DNA of 32,000 nucleotides from Candidatus Heimdallarchaeota archaeon B3_Heim (lineage in GTDB: Archaea; Asgardarchaeota; Heimdallarchaeia; Hodarchaeales; Hodarchaeaceae): positions 30,001-62,000 of the forward strand of contig NJBF01000019.1 in assembly GCA_003144275.1 (NCBI GenBank), in the 5' to 3' direction. The translations under genes and the position numbers were made by a program. The notes beneath the pieces are model-generated. The model did no database searches and was not told the DNA's origin. It saw only the letters and a list, made by a program, of their open reading frames with translations. Below are positions 25,968-32,000 of the stretch, piece after piece; positions within the stretch are counted from its first letter, which is position 1, and each line of letters opens with the position of its first letter.

Positions 25968-27482
25968 TTGGTCACAGAAAAATACATAGGTGCTATTGAT
26001 CAGGGTACCACAGGCACAAGATTCATGATTTTTGATCACGAAAGTAATTTGATTAGTTCGCACTACAAAGAACATCAACAAATCTTTCCTAAACCTGGGT
26101 GGGTAGAGCACGATCCTCTGGAAATATGGAAAAATACGGATTTTGTTATACAAAAAGCCCTGCAATCTGCTAAGTTATCTATTGATGATTTAAAGGCCAT
26201 TGGTATTACAAATCAGCGAGAAACGACAGTTGTTTGGAATAAAAATTCTGGAAACCCGATTTGTAATGCCATCGTCTGGCAGTGTACTCGTACTAATGAC
26301 ATCTGTGAATCGTTAAAGAGGGAAGGATTAGAAGATGAGATCAAAGCTCGAACTGGTTTAGTTACAGCAACTTACTTTTCGGGCCCCAAAATTCAATGGA
26401 TCTTAGATAATGTAAGTAAATCACGCTCAAAAGTTACAAATCAACAGCTTCTTTTTGGTAATATTGATACATGGATTCTATGGAATTTAACTGGAGGGAT
26501 TAAAGGTGGAGTTCATGTCACAGATTTTTCAAATGCATCTCGTACAATGTTGATGAATTTAAAAACATTAAAATGGGATGATGAGCTATTAGAAATTTTA
26601 AAAGTTCCTCGATCTATGTTACCTGATATTCGTCCTTCTAGCGATTCAAATATTTATGGATACGTATGGAAAGCCGAAGGAGAAGGTCCCCCGATATGTG
26701 GTGACTTAGGAGATCAACAAGCAGCCTTGTTTGGGCAAACTTGTTTTGAAAAGGGAAATGCAAAGAACACGTACGGAACTGGTAACTTCCTTCTTATGAA
26801 TACTGGAAAAAATATAGTTCAATCGAAATCAGGATTAATTACAACGGTTGGTTATGGAATTGGTAACGAAATCACCTATGCGTTGGAAGGAAGCATTGCG
26901 ATAAGTGGAGCAGCTGTACAATGGTTAAGGGATCAATTAGGTTTTTTTTCAACAGCTAAGGAATCTGAGGAATTAGCATCTTCGGTTCAAGATAATGGAG
27001 GAGTGTATTTTGTTCCCGCATTTGTTGGACTATTTTCCCCCCATTGGGATATAACTGCGCGTGGAACAGTAGTGGGACTAACTAGAGGAAGTAACAAAGC
27101 ACATATCACCCGTGCTGTATTGGAATCTATCGCATTTCAATCTGTAGATGTTTTCAATGCCATGGAAGTAGATAGTAAAGTTAAGTTGTCTAATTTAAGA
27201 GTAGATGGAGGAGCATCAAAGAATAGCTTGTTGATGCAATTTCAAGCGGATATTTTGGGGATTGAATGTATTCGACCAAGAATTGAGGAAACCACAGCTT
27301 TAGGAGCCGCATACGCAGCGGGGTTAGCTGTAGAATACTGGCAGGATTTAAAGGAGCTAGAGGAAACATGGGCTGTTGATAGGATTTTTAAGCCGAGAAT
27401 GAGTGAGGATGAACGTAAAAAACACCTTCACTATTGGAATAAGGCGGTAACGAAAGCCAAAGCATGGGTAGATCCTAGTTAG
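25968..27482 (+). CDS. glpK: Glycerol kinase
   Basis: AIDQGTTGTR, PGWVEHDP, GITNQRET, DFSNASRTML, GDQQAALFGQ, KNTYGTG, ALEG and VDGGAS. TTG start with GGAG SD. Confidence 0.97.
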   Translation: MVTEKYIGAIDQGTTGTRFMIFDHESNLISSHYKEHQQIFPKPGWVEHDPLEIWKNTDFVIQKALQSAKLSIDDLKAIGITNQRETTVVWNKNSGNPICNAIVWQCTRTNDICESLKREGLEDEIKARTGLVTATYFSGPKIQWILDNVSKSRSKVTNQQLLFGNIDTWILWNLTGGIKGGVHVTDFSNASRTMLMNLKTLKWDDELLEILKVPRSMLPDIRPSSDSNIYGYVWKAEGEGPPICGDLGDQQAALFGQTCFEKGNAKNTYGTGNFLLMNTGKNIVQSKSGLITTVGYGIGNEITYALEGSIAISGAAVQWLRDQLGFFSTAKESEELASSVQDNGGVYFVPAFVGLFSPHWDITARGTVVGLTRGSNKAHITRAVLESIAFQSVDVFNAMEVDSKVKLSNLRVDGGASKNSLLMQFQADILGIECIRPRIEETTALGAAYAAGLAVEYWQDLKELEETWAVDRIFKPRMSEDERKKHLHYWNKAVTKAKAWVDPS

Positions 27483-28209
27483 AAGGGACTTCGACAGCTT
27501 CGGCTAATTCGATTACCGAATTAAATATCTTAGAGGGATTAGTTAATTTTAATATTTTTGAGGAGGCATAACCCGTTGTTAATCCAATTGTTGTGATACC
27601 AAGATTATTACCGGCAAGAATATCCCCTCCTAGATCACCAACAATTGCGCACAAATATTTCTGTTCTACAAGGTCAAATGATCTGATGAATTTTTCAATT
27701 CCCGCCTCCTTCGATTTTCCAAATTCTCCCTTAGCCAGAATATTTCTTTCTGGTATTATGTTACTGTTTTGAAAGTATTTAAATAAGAAAGTTAAGATTT
27801 TTTTACGAGAAGTATAACTAATAATCCCAATTTGAACTCCTAGTTCCTTCAGTTTAATTATCCCTTTAGTTGTCCCCTCTGTTGGTTTCGCAGAAGAGAA
27901 ATACTTCGAATGATTCTGTGAAAGATACCAAATTGCCTTTAGAGATCGAATAATACCAAATCCCATTTTTCGGGAAACTTGGTAGGAAGCCTTTATAATT
28001 TTCCATCTCACATTAGCATCTCCAGGTACTAATTTAGCCTCGATTATCTCACTCGCTAAGGAAATTGTTTTGATATGGTCTGTACCAAGATAATCAGCAA
28101 TTAGTCCGAAATAAAATGATTTTGTGTCAACCAATGTGCCATCGAAATCAAAAAGTATAGCTTTAAGTGATACAGGAGTTGAGTTAGACATATGATTCGA
28201 TTCCATCAA
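27475..28209 (-). CDS. HAD-superfamily phosphatase (phosphoglycolate phosphatase-like)
   Basis: Motif I LFDFDGTLVD, IISYTS, K, and motif IV VGDLGGDI. The true start may be ATG 28191. Confidence 0.85.
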   Translation of the reverse strand: MMESNHMSNSTPVSLKAILFDFDGTLVDTKSFYFGLIADYLGTDHIKTISLASEIIEAKLVPGDANVRWKIIKASYQVSRKMGFGIIRSLKAIWYLSQNHSKYFSSAKPTEGTTKGIIKLKELGVQIGIISYTSRKKILTFLFKYFQNSNIIPERNILAKGEFGKSKEAGIEKFIRSFDLVEQKYLCAIVGDLGGDILAGNNLGITTIGLTTGYASSKILKLTNPSKIFNSVIELAEAVEVPSN

Positions 28210-28423
28210 CTAGTTTGATAATAAGCTGGTAAGGAAAAGCTGTTTTTCATGAAAACCGTTTATTATCTTCCACATAGAGCAATTTTTTGTGTGATCTTAA
28301 AGGTTGGTGTCTTTTAGTTTTATTAATCATTTCTGAGATCTGTTTTGTTACTAAAACTTCAACTCAATTATACCCTTTAAAAAAACATCAAGTTTATTGC
28401 ATTGATGAGAAAATGGCAAAAAC

Positions 28424-29380
28424 ATGCAGTTTGATTTTTCTAATCTACTAAATGGACTATCAAAGCTTCATACGAAGATTTGGGATTCTCATGTTCACAT
28501 ATGGAGCGCTGATGCCTTTGAACCATTGTTAAAGATTGGTAGGAAATATGGTGTGCATCATTTCATGGGGATCGCTGCGCCTGATGTAAAAAAAACTTTA
28601 GAAGAGGATGGACACGACGATCTTATCACGTTTGCCTATTATCTCCCGATTGATGCATTTGCCAAACATGAACCAGAGAGGATACTCACTGCTATTGAAG
28701 AAGCGCACTCGGAAAATTACTCAATGGTTAAGGTATGGTTTGGTCCTAGATTCCTTGATTTTTTTGAAGCAGATAAACCATTTTCTCTTAATCTCCCAAT
28801 TTTCGATCCAGCTTTTACATTAATTGAAGATTACCACATTCCAATGGATATTCATGTTGCTGATCCAGACATCTGGTATATCACAAAATACCAAGACGTG
28901 GAGCGATATAGATCAAAAGAGCAGGCATTGAACGAGTTTCGAGAAGTAATGAGAAATCATTTGTCTTTGAAATTAATTAGTGTTCATTTTCATAGTCTCC
29001 CAGAGAATTTAAAACAAGTTACTCAGGATTTATATGATTTTCCAAACCTCTACATTGACACGGCCTCAACCAAATGGATGATTAGGGAACTAGGGAATAA
29101 TATCGAGCGTACAAAGGAATTCTTTGAACAACATTACAAAAGGATACTTTTTGCAACAGATATTTCCGTTGGATGGGAAGACCGAGACGAAAAATATCTA
29201 GCTACTCGTTATTGGGCACAGAGGTTATTCTGGGAAAGTAACCACCAAAAAATTGAACTTCCTTTTCCTGATGAGGATAATCCAAATTCCCCGACATACA
29301 TTAATGGCTTGAATCTTTCAGATAAGATCTTGGAACATTTTTACTGGAAGAATGCCGAAAAATTCTTTAATTTAAGCTGA
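28424..29380 (+). CDS. Amidohydrolase 2 family TIM-barrel metallohydrolase
   Basis: WDSHVH, MDIHVADP, SVHF, YIDTAS and LFATD. Confidence 0.8.
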   Translation: MQFDFSNLLNGLSKLHTKIWDSHVHIWSADAFEPLLKIGRKYGVHHFMGIAAPDVKKTLEEDGHDDLITFAYYLPIDAFAKHEPERILTAIEEAHSENYSMVKVWFGPRFLDFFEADKPFSLNLPIFDPAFTLIEDYHIPMDIHVADPDIWYITKYQDVERYRSKEQALNEFREVMRNHLSLKLISVHFHSLPENLKQVTQDLYDFPNLYIDTASTKWMIRELGNNIERTKEFFEQHYKRILFATDISVGWEDRDEKYLATRYWAQRLFWESNHQKIELPFPDEDNPNSPTYINGLNLSDKILEHFYWKNAEKFFNLS

Positions 29381-29385
29381 CAAAA

Positions 29386-30432
29386 GTGGTTAGAATTAGA
29401 ATGACTAAAGGTTTTAATATTGTACAAATCGGTTTAGGTCCAATGGGTAAACTTATTACCAGTTTGCTAATTTCTCGTAAAAATATCAATCTTCTAGGGG
29501 TTGTAGATATCGATCCTCAGCTTGAGGGTCAATTATTAAGTGATGTTTTGGAAAATTCATCAGCTCCTCAAATTAAAATCGAAAAGAGCTTCAAACCAAT
29601 AGTGGCTAGTACCCAAGTTGACGTTGTTATCGTTGCCACGACATCCTCCTTAATAAGTGCTGCATCTACTATCAAAGAGATAGTCTTAGAGGGGGTTAAT
29701 GTCATATCTATCTGTGAAGAGCTTTCTTATCCATATATTAACCACCCAGAATTGTCACAGGAGTTAGACAAATTGGCAAAGGAAAAGGGGTGTACTATTG
29801 TTGGAACGGGTATTAATCCAGGATATTTGATGGATCTATTACCAATAGTATTAACAGCTCCCTGTCAAGAAGTAGAAAAGATATCTATTACACGAATGAT
29901 GAACTCATCTAAAAGAAGGGAACCTTTTCAAAGAAAGATTGGTACGGGCTTGTCACCGAGTGAGTTTCAAGATAAAATTAAGAAAAAAGAAATAACTGGT
30001 CATGTAGGGTTAAAAGAATCAATTCAGATGATTATCGGAGCATTAGGTTTACCTTACGGAAGGACTGTAGAATCACTTCCAGAGCCCATACTTGCTACAC
30101 AGGATTTTATGACTTCCTATGGTAAATTAATTCAAAAGGGGGATGTTTGCGGCTTAAAAAGTAACGCTACTCAAATAAATTTGGATAAAGGAGAAATTTT
30201 CATCTCAATGGATTTTATTGCCTTCGCTGGGGATCATGAAGAGTATGATAGTGTTAATATACAAGGAACGCCAAATATCAATCAAAAAATAATTGGAGGC
30301 GTACATGGTGATCTTGGTACAGCAGCTATGGTCGTAAATTTAATTCCACAGACATGTAATTTCAGTGAAGGACTCTATACAATGAAAGATATTCCCGTTC
30401 CTCGTAATACTAGCAATGTGTGGAAAGGATAA
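29386..30432 (+). CDS. NAD(P)-dependent dehydrogenase, 2,4-diaminopentanoate dehydrogenase (Ord)/DapB-like family
   Basis: QIGLGPMG, VISICEEL, GTGINPG, KIGTGL, GHVGL and GGVHGDLGT. The start may be ATG 29401. Confidence 0.78.
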   Translation: MVRIRMTKGFNIVQIGLGPMGKLITSLLISRKNINLLGVVDIDPQLEGQLLSDVLENSSAPQIKIEKSFKPIVASTQVDVVIVATTSSLISAASTIKEIVLEGVNVISICEELSYPYINHPELSQELDKLAKEKGCTIVGTGINPGYLMDLLPIVLTAPCQEVEKISITRMMNSSKRREPFQRKIGTGLSPSEFQDKIKKKEITGHVGLKESIQMIIGALGLPYGRTVESLPEPILATQDFMTSYGKLIQKGDVCGLKSNATQINLDKGEIFISMDFIAFAGDHEEYDSVNIQGTPNINQKIIGGVHGDLGTAAMVVNLIPQTCNFSEGLYTMKDIPVPRNTSNVWKG

Positions 30433-30895
30433 TTAAAAATATTACAGAATTACTAATCTGATAGCAAATAATTTTACTACGGTATTTACATAAAAGTCTC
30501 ATTGGACTTCCAGATGGCTGAATGAAGTGATGCCTTTGGCAACCACGACTAAATTTGCCAGACAATACAGTGAAACTGCATTCTGGACAGGATGAGTCAC
30601 ACATCCGCTATCGGGAAAAAACTAGCTCTCCCCGAGAACTAGCTTTCAAGGGACTACTTGAAACACATCTAGTTTTGACATCTACAACATCAATAATTTT
30701 CAACATATTTGGGCCAATACTCTCTTGCCTTTGACGGGTAACTCGTCTAACGTAGTTACAAGAGATTATGACCTTGGAGCTAAGGAAGAATTTTTTTCAT
30801 CACCTCAAGGTTGAAGATGTAAGGGAGGGAGACCTTTTAAGGTTGTGAAAGAGAGAGGTCAGCGAATACGAAAAAAATCACTTTATCGGACAAAA

Positions 30896-32000
30896 ATGAC
30901 CATGGATGAATCGAATGAATCCAAATTACGAAAATATGGGTTAGAATTTATTAAGGATTTAGCGAAGGATAGAAAGATAGCAATTCAAACATTGGGAGTG
31001 TCATTCAGTGGATTCAAAAATGACCTACTGAACCGATCGAATATCATCACACGACATGAAGATCGAGTATATGTTGATTCATTGTTGAAATCACTTGATG
31101 ACGATGTTAATAGGTCTATCGAGAGCCAATTAACACGTATTACAATGTCTTCATTTAATTGGATAAAAAATATGTTAATCCAAGATGTTACGTTCGATGA
31201 CACAGGTGCAAACGAAAAATTCACCAAAGACGACCAAGAAAGGCTAAAAAATCAAACTAATGATCTATCCCGATTGAATCATTTAAATGAATCCTTACAA
31301 GAGCAATTAAAGATTAAAGAGAAAGAGTACGGTGATATTGACGCAAAATTCGGCAGCTATCAGAAAGAAATGCAAAATCTTATAATTGAAGAGAAGACCA
31401 AGAATGAAAATTTATCATTTCAACTGGAAGAAGCTTTAAACGAATTGCGTGAAAAAACAAATAAATTAGACAATAAAGGTGAAAATTTCGTTACGTTAGA
31501 AGAGAAAAATGCCTCCTTACAAATGGAATTAATTGAAAAAACAGCTGAGATTTCACGATTAAACTCTTTTGCGGATTCTCAAGCATCAGAAGCCATGGAA
31601 ACTTGGGCAAGCGCATATTCTGAACAACAGGAAGAATATCAGAAGCTTTTCTATGAGCAACAAGAAAAATACAAGTTTAAAGAAGAACAGTTCCAGGTCT
31701 CATTGACTAAAGTTAAACACGAGTATGAAGAATCAGCTAAAACGCGTCTAAGAGAAAACACCAAACAATTCCAAGCAGAAATAGAAGAACTACAAGCTAA
31801 ATTGGTAGAAGCTCAAACAAAGAAAGCTGATATCTCGAAAGAATTGCACTTTCAAATTACGGAATTATCTGCAAGAAATGCTTTACTGGAAGACAAAACA
31901 ACAAAAATGGATAAACAGATTCTGGAGTTATTAGAGCTAAATGACAATATATCCAAAAATATAACCGATTATATAATAGAAATAGATAAAGTAAACGCAG
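30896..32000 (+). CDS. Large coiled-coil protein, 3'-truncated by the window edge (absent from the ORF track)
   Basis: Manual translation from ATG 30896 (MTMDESNESKLRKYGLEFIKDLAKDRK...) is open for 368 codons to the window end; E/K/Q/L heptads after about aa 105. Confidence 0.85.
   Translation, partial: MTMDESNESKLRKYGLEFIKDLAKDRKIAIQTLGVSFSGFKNDLLNRSNIITRHEDRVYVDSLLKSLDDDVNRSIESQLTRITMSSFNWIKNMLIQDVTFDDTGANEKFTKDDQERLKNQTNDLSRLNHLNESLQEQLKIKEKEYGDIDAKFGSYQKEMQNLIIEEKTKNENLSFQLEEALNELREKTNKLDNKGENFVTLEEKNASLQMELIEKTAEISRLNSFADSQASEAMETWASAYSEQQEEYQKLFYEQQEKYKFKEEQFQVSLTKVKHEYEESAKTRLRENTKQFQAEIEELQAKLVEAQTKKADISKELHFQITELSARNALLEDKTTKMDKQILELLELNDNISKNITDYIIEIDKVNA

Noticed and set aside
30520-30620. 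SECIS or hammerhead-like words (ATGAA..GA, GGATGAGTC..GAAA)
   Set aside because: The core consensus and geometry do not fit, and no in-frame TGA selenoprotein candidate is nearby.
30410-30706. Minus-strand 64-aa Cys-containing ORF, with an upstream 32-codon ORF in the same frame separated by a TAG (possible pyrrolysine readthrough)
   Set aside because: No recognisable protein features, it overlaps the dehydrogenase 3' end, and there are no pyl genes in the window.
102-31227. The remaining 60-180 aa ORFs nested in or antisense to the large genes (e.g. 3223-3768, 13019-13480, 15023-15478, 30985-31227)
   Set aside because: They overlap well-supported genes and carry no recognisable motifs.

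Overview
This is a gene-dense, AT-rich archaeal window. RadA, Cdc6/Orc1 and a DRG/TGS GTPase establish the domain. An Asgard origin (Heimdall/Hodarchaeales-like) is inferred from the eukaryote-type RadA Walker A, the large coiled-coil proteins and the zinc-ribbon/RING membrane protein; the sequence alone does not prove it. Housekeeping and metabolic genes: Dus, DRG GTPase, P2A Ca2+-ATPase, M48 protease, hypF/hypC/hypE, two amidohydrolases, a glyoxylate reductase-like dehydrogenase, THEP1 NTPase, glpK, a HAD phosphatase and an Ord-like dehydrogenase. The main find is a candidate programmed -1 ribosomal frameshift on the minus strand joining a MoxR-type AAA+ ATPase to a VWA domain. It consists of an A_AAA_AAC heptamer directly before the AAA stop, a 7-nt spacer and a GC hairpin that could form a pseudoknot. 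It predicts both a 286-aa AAA protein and a ~630-aa AAA-VWA fusion; a homopolymer sequencing error remains the main alternative. The second find is a two-TM membrane protein with a cytoplasmic RGG/aromatic N-terminus and a C-terminal double zinc ribbon plus a NOT4-spaced RING-like finger, coupled to a CBS-tetraspan gene. The window also holds an unannotated PiT-transporter remnant, a gene split by one in-frame TAA, and a 3'-truncated coiled-coil gene missing from the ORF track. No rRNA, tRNA, CRISPR array or transposase was recognised.
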